A stretch of 64,000 bases of DNA. It comes from Amoebophrya sp. A120 (taxonomy: Eukaryota; Protista; Dinoflagellata). Position 1 is the stretch's first letter, and each line of letters starts with the position of its first letter. The notes under the pieces are model-generated. The model was not told where the DNA came from, ran no database searches, and worked only from the letters and a program-made list of their open reading frames with translations. This document shows, piece after piece, positions 48,601 through 58,200 of this stretch. The stretch is taken from positions 4,443,556 to 4,507,555 of the forward strand of contig CAJINV010000005.1 of assembly GCA_905178155.1 (NCBI GenBank). The letters run 5' to 3'. Made by a program: the position numbers and the translations under genes.

Positions 48601-49963
48601 TCTAATGCTTCCGTGTGCATTCTCTACGTGGCCCGCGAGATGCATGAGACACAAGCGCACTCTCCTAGACCCAAACATTTTTGCAGCTGATAGACTCGAA
48701 GGTGTGATTACTATATTTTTCTTCGCAACATCTACATCTTGACGCAGGCTTTCTTCAGTCTCTCTGACAATGATTTGCTGGTTTTCGATTGGAAAGCTCC
48801 ACGTCCTTGAGGGCATGTCCCCATGAAGGTTCTGAAGATAGAGGTGGATGAAACAGCACCACACAATTTCGTGCACGCAGGAAGTAGAAGGTGAATAATT
48901 ATAATTTTAATGATGGAAAGGAAAAGCATAGTCAGACAGAGACCCGCACGTCGGCATGAAATGCGAGTACTCGCTCGATTTTATCCTGACACTAGCATAA
49001 TTCCTCCAGGTTGTTTTGGAGCGCACGCTTGGTTACCGCGCCAAGGACGTGTATTGCGTGGCGCCGATCATGGATTACGCCACTAGCACGGTGTATCGCA
49101 CACAAAAACTGTCGTGTCACTGTAACGATTTTATTGCAATATTTGTACCACAGACAGCACAAGTTTGCTTTGCATGACCGAGCAAAAGATCTGCCATGTG
49201 GGCTCTCCCAAGGTAAAGTACGGCTAAAACTACCGTGTTTTGAAGTTGAATTTTGGCACTTCTGTGGTGCAGACTCTGCAAACTTATCACAAGTTTGCTG
49301 TGGCGCAGTTTTCTTGCGATGCCGTGCAATACTGGGCCACGGGGCTGAACTGTTGCCAACCCCGCGGGGGATTCGCTTGCGACGACGTTTGGAATCCTCG
49401 GGCCCGGTCTGCAGTGGTCGTGCTGGACCGCCCGGGATCGCTGTTCCCCTCGGCCTACGACGTCTTCAAGAAGGCTGCCAAACAGGCCTGTGCAGAGTGG
49501 GGGCTCACGCAGAGCGATAGCGCCATGTTTGTCCGGTGGGTTTCCGACGCCACGAAAGTATGGAACGAAAAAACTTTGTCACAGTCAGTATTTATAATTT
49601 GCAGTTTCTGCTGCATGAAAAATTTTTCAGGCGGGCATAACTGCAGCTTGCAGAAACCCCACTTCTCATGTGTATTCTGAGGCTACGCTGTGAGGGTGCA
49701 TTCATTTTGATGCATGGAAGACGGCGTTTTTGTATTTGTACTGCTACAACGTAAGATGCCAGGGAGTGGTCGTGGCGAGCTTTTTGTTTTGATAAACGGA
49801 ACAAAATTTGTACTACACGGAAGGCCTAGGCTGCCTGATCACGTTTGTGGCCATCTATGCCGTCTGGTCGCTGCTGATTGGCGGCTTAATGCAAATGTCT
49901 GCGCGCAAGTCCGTTTCCAATCCGGAGGCCGCGAAAAATGTCCGATTACCACCTGCTTTGTGA
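36698..49963 (+). CDS. Multi-pass membrane protein with a Cys-rich luminal domain (exons ~36698-36858, 37160-37252, 48189-48377, 48698-48701, 49010-49093, 49327-49558, 49800-49963); host of the retrotransposon
   Basis: Hand-spliced frame: MNAQYGG..VPWSFFLLTGILFAFVYHWYVSMVWLL..GGRW|YMKLGLL..NVLPSEPASAHSDAGKILF..VYCVAPIMD..QYWATGLNCC..; two GT-AG introns (37253-48188, 48702-49009) plus four introners. Confidence 0.75.
36864..37159. mobile_element. introner element, TSD CGTCG/CGTTT
   Basis: IR tatgaaagt..ggacagctctgtccccctcat / atgagggggacgagggcttgtccactatcata; excision is in frame. Confidence 0.8.
37310..37408 (+). repeat. split direct repeat B1 (left terminus)
   Basis: Near-identical to 38203-38300. 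Confidence 0.93.
37869..38300 (+). repeat. internal A1-B2 junction copy
   Basis: The right-terminal sequence is directly fused to the left-terminal sequence through TATAG at 38203-38207. Confidence 0.93.
38403..39917 (+). CDS. retroelement ORF1, 504 aa, unknown function
   Basis: Intact intronless ORF starting with ATG inside the element; overlaps ORF2 by 122 nt. Confidence 0.7.
   Translation: MSARSSVSSVNFDHASDSSGLVHPRTSRVSRAEALDSASLPHKALFWQMLKVDVCTDNHYSLNASSNNIFHHDETPGVAGDAFNSDLLEGRCDRVDPIGHVNSRDCWDDYAFKSADQEDIGYLGANLRDLEKYPQTIASAQSLEQFRNVNRIGKAVDIIGQSPTYEIRGPHGVHQENIVERRLISTCFIYVIGYFFVARRGDKRNAATHAASEHLRTQEDDQCLVAAITTITIRDFTRLQLIAFLNDFRCAGNLVKTFFQKWVLGELHDATADHELAAPSGCREVLFETYRPWDYTEDINLIQGQLFPAQLDPPPNSIPLSTLRRRLEVSLRYQRQLVTVPCPFGYSRWGEYFGLDGRANRRPIELAAGELGFAEAASIGIGFDRHPDGKPRAIFFPRTQLRHEFQHWPRWGHPRRFWNRLVQILGDDADNFDILGNHLIDLRLNSDPRPPSPAFCWRKRHNDVDGYAEATPGGVSTASPITGSSPVFGTQTATGGTASPAARN
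39796..42327 (+). CDS. tyrosine recombinase with a long N-terminal extension
   Basis: Catalytic set R (SFLRLDDL), K (SKTN), HxxR (GHSLRIGG), H (CRHES), Y (ADAYI). Confidence 0.88.
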   Translation: MDMLKQHQAASAPHRPSPAVAQYLERKQQQEELLLQRQETDRKQLQMEKDIASRPFYRPAPFDQSRVKRPRSFSSASGSMLSQPVEDSDFDESQLGSPVMRQDVAQAWSSITSSLLDSSKPFWEAEPLTNGEETRDMLKQKYKKPPKKKAKLETADESEEEEERALHEVATKRGRLRNKFAPKQQASSSSSSSSSAGPSMFGPALKSSFTGPDSMIIAFFNAKKEVIERRSHVVISHGEDYGKPAYLYFKGEKDAVLSAEEKQQLQVVPDSVAKQYFKHQNPYSWKLVDNSPKRKPLPSSESPPKLRLQPAMPSTIKDKLSDVKTSNFFAKLPVVPEQRRVVKPGAATGVDTDRLKQHNLFKHVCGHMEKDEDEEQLDLSIRIPDPEETYDEKTALEKMVEIVNEDKPHLQDPPLRPLLTPAMALLSEDDFVNMLYIPNEDTHHSKKTGDKYRVQLKTRYVRLLIAVGLSPQPSDRSSYSMRLCATYFTNSKLRAAAQSRTTNYSHIKMLLCRHKQFSYEMAMEYSGHFKMLSRTQQPPAQKTGIRLSHLLLIAQAVQRFGIPFIGSTKFSGGVRPVRFLRLMISLWFSFLRLDDLASTRRLSNGECTEFATFSSKTNSRGLRREGFILGRSCSYAPRSTPIGEDEEGKLEVKFCPTCCISTAEWVRFRRWPKPRLRAALKEILQTTDTWSELESSDFVSELDGLASDSYGGHSLRIGGIQSASEGGMEIRDLRRMCRHESVETADAYINMSRNYPDSVSIWWPRLVPQHFGPTSASAAIRLASSSQFVAKNWRYKKSTLPNDRRRPPRALSDAFFEFRDPENALGDEPELFYFEQPAQPDLW
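42832..43665 (+). CDS. Gag-like nucleic-acid-binding protein with a CCCH zinc finger
   Basis: CIPFLRGKCKKSASQCPRLH (C-x7-C-x6-C-x3-H) after a basic/Gly linker; lies upstream of RT. Confidence 0.7.
   Translation: MALAPGALGPAAPGAAAIDALMAQQQVNAELGVGVLDGPQAALLAAEAEICVKKINGRAFRYFTELLASERLLDGLGPLCPSTCLCDMSEILTVRRAIGIFQNNEQYLQALNIVSAALIPEMPGFRGNKRTSSENQAQLTPKQVSEVFFREMRNALTLTNLPTVDANPPETRYQRACTLSVTTTWRIQFITGIQLEKRLQGIDDDADPIKKKKGDRGATTTGGAGRICIPFLRGKCKKSASQCPRLHSAPEKRIRAVNRIFAIKITDEQIKKFSNGK
44267..46363 (+). CDS. reverse transcriptase N-terminal half with an S/R/P-rich leader
   Basis: CFPVYK..RPCIDLR and KDLKKFYNQ (RT motif A). Confidence 0.8.
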   Translation: MSSSQNQKNDAASSSSHQGTPAGRRGTSAERRSPRRDFFGNLKSRHATPPRRSSPSQSVLSTSRSSRDSPGSSSPFSPTNRAKSVSKLGAFASAKRSTTPEKTATPRSLTPPPSKRQKAESTDLKPLKVSKLDRYKSPSTRGILRTSTTTAPEWPRSAAASTPPRSASPRRSKVSFAAAPPDIHSVPVEGNLHPLPRLKTESTSSSEAQAMPQIPPLSFSSGSSATPSVDQFELPPARKHSPIRPTTTPKSNAEYRGISSPRAKSQAELTAKDFRQRISVDKSRQFGIGMEHDIYGQAAADVQKECTVEELKEKNRIKTREVLNFHHALQAPEAMVHKDIRPHLQKHYEKKNFLFMSKTLSAAIDNCGAVRSDRVNEILKNIDHLRNGFLAGDGYTPPCGFWSKLDDDEVQEQLLEALSTPIKHYPDPPRTHWAGEKEVRAMWEDALVFEQKGLYTFRDHKDLQKRKVDYTAAKCFPVYKSKDAQGRPADPSERPRPCIDLRKKNCRQLAQEKMRLIGARSSVQLVERCLSTCVENPSHFQWKVDIKEDIATEQEIKQSFDIHRKVLRESFRRKTTERIKPGYSFCPKQFAKDLKKFYNQCGIDSEMRKSLFVDAGSGDAYQGGDRVLAGCGSNPKNAGQPGETTTKVVIFFIQSVSSCSQKLTARQRRRGSREGLCPLFSNLCFVRKPRQRPPMRLA
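45864..47552 (+). CDS. reverse transcriptase C-terminal half plus RNase H (different frame from the N-half)
   Basis: ALFGSLASV (motif B), VFIDD (motif C), LQSFTGLL; RNase H YIDAS...IAVLE...VHCDN...NVADVLTR. Confidence 0.85.
   Translation: MLKTHPIFSGRLTSKKTSRRNKRSSKVLTSIAKSCESLFAEKPRNALSRATPSVPNNLPRISKNFITSAVLILRCASHCLWMPVPETLTKEEIASSPAAAAIQKMRDNRAKQRQKSSSSSSKASPPAPRNSPRGSDDEEVERGFVLFSAICALFGSLASVHQCVSLSEIMQLVFTGYLQVCATVFIDDIHGNSRGELVEQDSQLIDLWLDLSGWEQSEHKKESHQFQKLLVALGVGYELDFKAQTIFIVVPEQKVAKLLGLRDRFVQEEQDNAIQLRTLQSFTGLLRHIIQLSPHLAYLARGFNTWASELDFARQIKHKRNKRQLKKLVVTAAAIGSSVRPIPLNKQTVGRQLCHLYIDASGSNLDQAAKRLWGGQFDKLDEFDMRAGGVLFAHDNTVTAWHCKLTEIPKDLLKDLVMAGDRGSFNIAVLEVFAARCSLEIFRKQIAGKRTIVHCDNVAGVFCLGRNNSKSWLIQRISTSFHLLARQMDVSFYWCWLASAQNVADVLTRKSRMPILLEAFPNAVQVEASSDQLQSRHLWGIPKVLGDLFNVEEPIKVTLPAL
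47650..47992 (+). repeat. split direct repeat A2 (right terminus)
   Basis: Matches 37869-38207 apart from a few substitutions and a 4-bp indel. Confidence 0.93.
48378..48692. mobile_element. introner element, TSD GATTC/GACTC (31037 family)
   Basis: tacgcattgcaaatatgtgtgggtct / agacccaaacatttttgcagctgata. Confidence 0.8.
49094..49321. mobile_element. introner element, TSD CGGTG/CCGTG
   Basis: tatcgcacacaaaaactg / cagttttcttgcgatg; excision restores STV|QYWA. Confidence 0.82.
49559..49794. mobile_element. introner element (5473 family), decayed TSD
   Basis: tatggaacgaaaaaactttgtcacagtca / gtggcgagctttttgttttgata; removing element +5 nt restores TKE|QNLYY. Confidence 0.75.
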
Positions 49964-51134
49964 ACAAGGGAACTGGTGGAGGACGAGGCACGTACGCTGC
50001 ATATGTTACCTCCAGGGAAGAGCAAAGATTCAGTCGGGGTTGCACTAGTAGTAAGTAAGTTGTACTACAACTACCAGCTGAGTCATCAAGAATAGCTGCA
50101 CGTTCACTACGTCTTGCTACAAGTAGAACTTTTGTGCTGCTGCTGCCAGGACAGAAATTTTTTCCCGACGAACAGCTACAGGGGTAGGACAGTGCTGTGC
50201 TTGCTGCGCAAATCAAAAGGAATCACGAGAGATTTGAAGGCTTCATCTCGGTCGATTTTTCCCATTTTCATCCTGCGCTGATGTCCACTCTGTTGGACAC
50301 GCGATTTTTGTTATGGCGCAGCAGTTAAATCAATCTACATTGTGGAGGACTTACAGCTGGTGCATGTGCTCACCGCAAAACCTCAATTATCGGTCAGAAG
50401 CGTAGAAGATAGTTCCTGTCAGAGTTAGTACTAGCCACGATTACGTGAGTTGTTTACTTGAGTACAGAATCGGTGTATGTTTTCTATTTCAAACGAGAGG
50501 GAATAGCTGACGGTTGCTGTAACATTCTGGAGCGCGAGCGCAAAAATGTATCGGGACAACAAGACCTGTGAGAGCAGAGCAGCAAAAAAGCAACAAAACG
50601 TGTGAAAAGCTTCATGAAAATGTATCAGTTTTGAATCGATATCGATAATCATATGGACAGAGGAAAAAAAGTGAGCCCCTATAAAAGTTCGCAAAATCGT
50701 GAAGCTCTTTAGCCTCGTACTGAAATTTTTGCAACTTCTATTTGTAGATGTTTCAACATCTCTGCACGGATTCACAATTTTTCTCTGAAATACTCGTTTC
50801 GGTTTCAGATAGAAAAGACACAGCTCACATTAGCGCTCTACCATCAATGTTTCAGACAAGTGCTGCCTTACCGTCGGAGGAGCGTAAGTAAGTCCGTCGC
50901 TGGCACGACCTGCAGGGTGTGCTCTTGTGACCCGTCCTTGCATTTGCCAACAACAGCTGTAGTGACCGCGGTTGTTGGAATGCTGGTAGATACCACGTCC
51001 CAGTAGGTTGCACCATTTCATCGTTGTACTTCTTCATATAAGAATAAGAGACCAAATCATCTGACTGATCCAGAAGGTGCTCCTGCTTCGTGCATGGACG
51101 ATTTATGAAGGGTGCGTCAGGTTCAGGTTCTTGA

Positions 51135-51539
51135 ATGGTATTTCGTGGCGCCAATCTTCGTTGGGACGACGGATGGAAAAGTAGGTGCATCGTGCATAAT
51201 TCGATTTCCGCGCGAACAACAGCGAGTAGACCAGCGACATCTACCAGCAGCTGCGAAAGAAGAATCAGAGGACCACCGGCAGGTGAAACAACGTCCTCGC
51301 CTGTTTCTAGAATTCCCTGCCAGCCAAATTGCAGCGCAAGAACGGTGACGAATCTCAACGAGTGGGGCGCCACCTTGAGCCGCCCGGGGCGTGAAGTCAT
51401 TCTGGAGCATAGGCGAGAAATCGAGGAGATCAACCAACGCATCGACGAGTACTACGCGACGCAACGGCGGCAAAGGAACCGGAAAAAGCTCGAACAAGAC
51501 CGGGCCCGTTTGCGCCGAGGAATCAACTGCGTCGTATAG
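51135..51539 (+). CDS. possible last exon of a small coiled-coil protein
   Basis: Coding-like 3' part (EVILEHRREIEEINQRIDEYY..); start and upstream exons not resolved. Confidence 0.35.
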   Translation: MVFRGANLRWDDGWKSRCIVHNSISARTTASRPATSTSSCERRIRGPPAGETTSSPVSRIPCQPNCSARTVTNLNEWGATLSRPGREVILEHRREIEEINQRIDEYYATQRRQRNRKKLEQDRARLRRGINCVV

Positions 51540-51665
51540 CTTTGCAGTCGAGGTGGAACAAGAGGAGCGACCTACTAGGAGCAGCTCTAGTACTAGTACC
51601 TTGAAATCCGAACAACTGTGAAAGAGGATTGCCGAACGAGAAGGGTACAGCTTACTTAGACGAAA

Positions 51666-52969
51666 ATGGTGCGCACCACTTCCAACACGGGCCCGCCGAA
51701 TCATGATCCGCGACTCGGCCCACCCCGCGGCGCCGCCAATCCGGACTTTCCCGGCGGAGTATCACGAGGAAATATCCCCCCTTCCCATATCCAAAATGGA
51801 AATCTGCGTTCCTGATTTGTGGCCACAAATCAGCTTCGTCTTGCAACATGGCAGTGCCAGAGGTGTCTGTCGCAATGCTCGGCTGATTCCTAATGGTGTT
51901 GGACCTTCATGGCAGCCACTTGTTATGCAAAACAGCTATGCCGACGCAGAGACACCCCAACTCAGTTTTGTGATCTGCCTTGCCTGCATTTCCTTGATGC
52001 AAGACACAGCTGTATAAGTACGCAAATCGAGCCCCACAAGTTTCCTTCTCAATGTGGGGAGGGAGGATTTTTCCTCACAATACGAAGGAGGCGGTTACCA
52101 GAGGCGCGGTCCGCCGCCAACGCGTTGGAACGTGGATCAATTGGTGCAGGCCACGATCCGTCTGATGGGCCTCAACCACAGCATGGTCCGCGATATCCTG
52201 ATCCAGATCTGCATCTTAGTCGCCGGTTTGATCTTTGTCCTCTCCGGTGACCTCGGGTCCGCCGGAATCTGCCTGCTGCTCTACTACACCTGGTTATCGA
52301 AGAAAAAAAGTTCGTCACGATCCCTCATGCGCATTCTTGCAATACAAAATTTTTTGTCATGCGTAAAAATGCATCACAGCCAAACTCTATTAGGGATTTC
52401 CCTAGTGTTTCTGCAATACAAGAAAAGTTTGTGATGCTGAGAAAATTTGTAATGCAAAGCACGCAGGTTAGTGAGTGACTGTGACGAACTTTTTTCTCTC
52501 CATACTGGTATCTATCTTCGCGGTTCTTGTTTTTTGTTGAGGGGGAGGAAAGGATGGAGCCGAAGCATTGACAACTTTTTATGTAAGGTCATTTTTTTTT
52601 ATGTAAGTACTAAAATCACGACCAGGAAGAAAAAGTCCGAAGGAAGCACCTCTCCACTGCCGAAATGAGCTGAGGGTCACACGATGATGAAAGAACTACT
52701 CTAACAGGTACTTGTACTTGCAGCTAACCTACGGCCTCGCACGGCATCTGTTTGATCCCCCGCCGCCCGGACAGGGATTACGCGCTCCCCTGCTCACGGA
52801 GTCCGAACGCCAACAGTACGCCCAACAGGACCAGGACCAAGCCTCGGAGCAACCCCCGACCCAGCCTACCCAGCCGCATCCCCCCTCTGACACGACCGAG
52901 CCCGCTGCCCCCAACCTACCCTTCCCTACCAACGGCAATCCTGCAGTCACCGCGACTAATACTGTGTAG
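51666..52969 (+). CDS. small membrane protein with Pro-rich termini (exons 51666-51759, 52088-52292, 52708-52969)
   Basis: Hand-spliced frame MVRTTS..FPGG|GGGYQRR..ILIQICILVAGLIFVL..YYTW|YLYLQLTYG. Confidence 0.6.
51760..52082. mobile_element. introner element (785 family), TSD CGGAG/CGAAG
   Basis: tatcacgaggaaatatccccccttccca / tggggagggaggatttttcctcacaata. Confidence 0.85.
52295..52504. mobile_element. element of the 5473 family in reverse orientation, TSD CTGGT
   Basis: Reverse complement aligns end to end with 5473-5679; TSD at 52290-52294 and 52505-52509. Confidence 0.92.
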
Positions 52970-55253
52970 GTGTGAAGATGTAAAATGCTCGAACGTTTCT
53001 CTTCGCAGCTATGCATAACTAGAAAATCAATGAAAATGAATCACCTCCAGCTGTATATCTTTCGCGACGACACCAGACGCAGAAGAAACGGCGCGCCTCC
53101 TGCAATTCTATCAAATCTTCAGATTAGGGAACGAAGCACGTTAATCATGATCTCGAGAAAGGGAACCAAAAGCTGCCATTGCTTAAAATATATGTTTTCT
53201 GCTTGCTAGTGGAACATACACAAAGCATCTGGCATGACTTAATGCCTTCTTATCTTTTCAAAACTTTTCTTTGACCTTTGCATATGCTTGTTGCTCTCTG
53301 ATATGAGAGTGCTTCCGTGGCTTTTTGTGATTTTTTGTACAACCCACGAGCTACGTTTGAAGAGTAAGTTGTGTGTGTAGATTTCTTGTTCACTGTGTCC
53401 CCAAAGATTTTCCATATTTTGGCATGGTGCCACTTTATTCACTCGTGTAAGTAGTGTTGACATGTACGATACTCTTGTTTGATTGCTCTCCTCTTCTGAT
53501 TCCTTCTCTTTCTTTGAAGGGGAAGATCAGACGATTTATTGCACGAAAATAAATTTATCGAACTTTTCATAGTTTCTGGACGACAAGCATTAGCATACTT
53601 CGCGGTTACACGGAACCATTCACAATGTATGCTTTTGGTGCTGCGACAGCCACTACCCTTTTTCCGTCTGACGTTTTCAACAGTGGCAACAGGTGCAACT
53701 ACGACAGAAACAGAAAGCATTGCAACGAGTTACCCACTATCGTCCTGTATGATTCTGATTTTTTGACAACGCCTTTACCCGACCGCGGCTCGAGTGTCGT
53801 CGCACCTTTTCTCGCTTTTTTTGAGTCAACTATAAAAACTAACGAAATAAAAGACCGCTGCTTGTTAATTGCAGTGGAGCGCAACTCACTGTGGTGTTCT
53901 GAACGGGCAGCTGCTCGTGATTTCAAATGAGTGGTCGCATTCGCCCTTGTTGTTGTGATTCTCCCGACAAGCCAACCGATTTTTCGCTTTTCGGGTGCTC
54001 GAATTTGTTGTTGCATGAAAACAAGAAATAATTGTACTTCTTAGTGGTCGCATGCTCTCAGTCGTAGACGAAGTCAGAACGGAGATGCATTGTTGTTCTT
54101 CTCGGTCCCGTGCGGTTTTCGCTATGTTTTGGTATTCTACTGCAAGAAGGACTGAAATAGCATGCAGTGGTTCATCTTGTCAGAAAAACTTTTTTGCCAC
54201 GCACACGTCTCAGACGCATAGTCCGCGTCTTCCAAGCGAAAGGTCGTCCTTGTCACAAGTGACTGCCTTCTTGGATGCCCGCCGCCAGCACGGACACGCC
54301 GCGGCATTGGCGGAAAAACAGGCCTTCCGGCTGCGTGTGACCGAAGCAAGGAGGGAGAAGGACGCCCATTTCCAGAAGCATCTTACGGATCCCGAATATT
54401 ACGGGGCCAGCCACTACGGGACTAAGCTTTCGGTGCGCATGCAAATTAATCGCGGAGCGCGCGGCAAATGGGGCACGTTGAGGCGGTCCATCGGAAACCT
54501 ATTCAATTGCGCCACTGGCACACAGGTCAAGAGGGTCGGAAATCACAGAGCCTAGTAGAAGGCTAGAACTTCTCCTAGTCTAAGTCTTGTAATCGACGAA
54601 GCACTTCTTCAGTTATAGACAGTAGATGCAAAGTGAGTTTTTGAACGCTTGAGGAAACCGATTGCTCGGCGTCAAAAGTGCTTCGTCGCTGTCTGAGCTT
54701 GTCACGGGGTGACGTTGGTGTTGTTTCAGGTTGTTTCATTGAGCGACACCAGCCTTGCGCGAAGCCCTTTTGGTTTTTCTTGTAGTTTTGTAAAGTATAG
54801 TTTCTCGTGATCAACACGGTCTGTTTTGCAGGTAGGACATGGACTAGCCTGATCCTCAGTGGCCTATTGTGATTAATTTGGTCAAAATTCCTTTGCTTGG
54901 CTCCACAGACACATTTTTGTCTTTCACTCAAGTTGATCTTTCATCGTTACAAAGAAGAAGCTTTTGCTCTTCTGCCGACACGTGGATGTTTACTGGAAAA
55001 TGGAAGAGCCTGCCAGGATGAGATCGACATAGACGAATATTGCCGTATTCAAAGTGTGGCGCCGCGTTCAACTAGCAAAGTTGGTATGAGTCACTTATTT
55101 TTGTCCACCTATACACTTTTGTCCACTACGCGATATACCAGTGAGCTTTGCGCAGTACTAACACGATGTCCGAACCAGCTCACCTCTTACCGCTAGCGGA
55201 TTCTTCATTCTGTTTGCTCTTTCGACGTTCTCTTTCCTACGAAGCCAGAGACC

Positions 55254-58200
55254 GTGGCTGCGCACATGAATCAGGAGACTGCATTGCTTCTTTGCATGTC
55301 TCCCTACATGAGAAGCAGAACTTGGCCTGCTACCGAGATGCTGTGTGGTCGTGTCTTTGGCTTATCGATGCATCGAGGTGTTGCTGTTGGTCTGCAGCAG
55401 CAGCGCAAGGACCTGTCACGGTGGAAGCTGGGATCATGCGTGAGACTCTGCCGAGGGCGAAGCCAAAAAGCGCAACACGTGCGCAAGTACACAAGCGGCA
55501 GATCAGCGGGACGGCCAGAAATTGGACTGGCGCAAAGTCAACTATGCGCTACCGACTCCGGAACCGCTCATCAGAGCCGACGCAACAGCCGCCGCTCCGG
55601 GGGTCTTCTGTTTCAGTCTCCGATACTGCGCATCAACAAGGAACGCAAGGGGTTGGGGGGTTGCGTGCAACCCATGCAGCCGCACTACTTCAAGTGGTAC
55701 AACCGCAGCCGAGCCCTGAACCCGGACGCGTTGCACATCAAGAAGATGCCCAAGGTGGGGTTCACCTTCGTCTCCAAGCTCGACCGTCTGCGCGACAGCG
55801 GGCAAACCGAGATGGAGGTTGGCATGGGGCGGAAGCGGTTCTTATCAGAGTGATCAACTCGGCCCCCTCTGTCTCATTTGAAGGGCATCCATGATAGATA
55901 CAGCGTAGGCAAAGATGCACCCTTTGCATGCCAAGTTTGTACCTACGAGATTATGATGTCGTTTCAGCTTCTGGCACCACCTGTTATGACCATTGTGCAA
56001 GTGGGCCGAGGTCGCGTTCTTCGGCATTTCGCTTGAGCAACGACGGGGAGGGGGGGTTGTGCTGTGTCTTAGATCTGGCTCCTGTGCGAGAACTACCCGC
56101 CGAAAGCGGAGGTGGAGCTGATGGTGTCCAGCCGGGAGCGGGACCGCATCCGGTATACCGACCGGGAAGAGTTCACGGCGGGCATGATGATCAAGAAGAT
56201 TCTGCACCGCGGACGGTTCGGGGTCACGGAAGAGGAGGAGGGAAAGTGGTGCCCCCACGTGGGCGAGTGCGGCGGCTGCATGTTTTCGTCCGTAAAGTAC
56301 GCCCGGCAGCTGATCGAGAAGCGGTCCTGGCTGCAGCGCGCGTTCCCCACACTGCAGTACGGCATGCACCTCCGCGCCATTCCCCAGATAGACTTGGTAC
56401 GTGGGACACGCGGCAAGTCGGTGCACGAGCGGAACAAAAAGGTGTGCGTGCCTGACAAGGTCCAGCGCTGTTTGCCGGCAATTCATGGGCATCGCGAGTT
56501 TGAGTACTCCGCGGAGTGGTGCCCGCATTACGGACGCGGCCGGGGTCCCGCGGGGTACGGCCGGGGCGGGTTCGAAGCGGACGTGGAGACCAGCCCCCTG
56601 TCGTGCAGCCGCCTGCCCAAGCGCCTCTTCCGCGCCATGCGCGAGGCGGCGGAGACCTTCGATTACCGGTACGCACCGAAGTTCAAGGGCATCTGTGCCT
56701 CGGACCGGGCGGGCAATTTCCAAGTCCTGATCGATATCCGTGGCGGTTCTCTGCAGTACTTCATCGACGAGATGGACGTGGAGGTGTTTAAGCAGCGCAA
56801 CAAGTACGTCACCAGCCTCACGCACCACAAGGGGCGCACCATCCTATTCGGCGAAACGAAGACGGTCCGGCAGTTTGTGCGCGTGGAGTTTCTTGCGAGG
56901 CTCGTCCAAGGACGGCCGGACCTGCTGCGCCCGGAGAGTGACTCTCCGGGCGGTTTGGACCGCCCAATTTTCGTCAATGTCGACCGCGAAATTCATCACG
57001 GCCCGCTCTGGAAGGTCGCTGGGGGAGAGGAAAAAAGCGATGAGGCGGGACCCGGAAGTAGATCGGAAGCGGTGACGTTTGGGAGCGGGTTGCTATCTTC
57101 CGGTACTTCTACGGAGGCGTCCGAAGGGATAGAGGTACTACGCAGTTCATCTGAGACGACGGCGCTCGATCATGGCCTAGGTCGAGTTGGAGACTGCTCT
57201 GGACCTGTGGTGCCGACAACGTCTCGGTTGGGACGTGCAGTAGACTTGGGGCCTGCAGGAAAGGATTTGACGAGCGCATCAGCACCACGGGCGGAGGAAC
57301 GACAAGGCGAAGATAGGTCACAGGCGAGAACAGACTCCGATGCTGCTCGAATGAAATCACAAAATTTCGTCCCTCTGGATCCGAAGTGGTTCGTCGATTT
57401 AGAGTTCGACCTCGGCCTTTGGCCCGTGGTCTGCAGGGCTAACCTCGGGCAGCTTGTTGACGTCGTGCTGGAAAAGTTTCTGATTCCGGTCCTGGAGAAC
57501 TTCAAGCTTGTCCAGGACGAAGACGAATGCGTGGAGAAGAAGCAGCGCATAGTTATCTGGGAGTTTGGCGGCTCCTGGGTGCTGGCAGAATGCTTGCACG
57601 CCGTGTTTCAAAAGTTGAAGACGTCAAAGAAAATTTGCATCGTGTCCATTCAGCACCCGCGCGACATTTGGCAGCGGCAGGAGGCCATCCGAATGCGGAC
57701 CCCAGATGGGGTTGAAGCGCAACGTCCTGCGGAAAGCAAAACGAGCGCAGCGGACGTTCAGCGTGAACAGGTGGAATGGTTTGGTGACGAGGTCACTGCC
57801 TTCAGCAGCGGTCCTGTAGAGGGCGCCGCCTCTCCTGAGATGGAGCAGCGGCCAGACGAATCTACCTGTACCACGGAGCCGCTGATTAATACAGATCGGC
57901 ATACAACCTGCAGGGATGCCTCCCTTCCAAACGAGGTTCAACAAAGCGATACAGTTACACGAACGCCGCCACAGGAGGTCGACGATGACCGTCTTCATGC
58001 TGTTTCTCGGGACCACGAGGAGAAAAATAAGGTTGCCGAAACGTCGGCGGAACAAATCGGCGACGCGCAGGGCCGCGCCCACAAGTGTTTGGACGAGGAG
58101 TTTGAAGTGCAGCCGTTGACTATCCTGAGTAAAAACGTACCCACACCAGAGTTGTAATGCAGATTTGCAAAGACAGGAAGACCTGTAATGCGCATCCCCA

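Noticed and set aside
50651-50793. Possible additional introner (tatggacagaggaaaaaaagtga / tcacaatttttctctgaaata)
   Set aside because: Weak IR, no TSD and no flanking frame to validate it
55818-56072. Canonical GT-AG intron as an alternative to the 55843 element
   Set aside because: Also in frame, so not excluded, but the tatc terminus, partial IR and 4/5 TSD favour the introner; needs cDNA
55854-56828. 324-aa minus-strand ORF (and similar antisense ORFs at 14866-15759 and 62654-63526)
   Set aside because: Antisense shadows of GC3-rich plus-strand coding sequence, with no motifs
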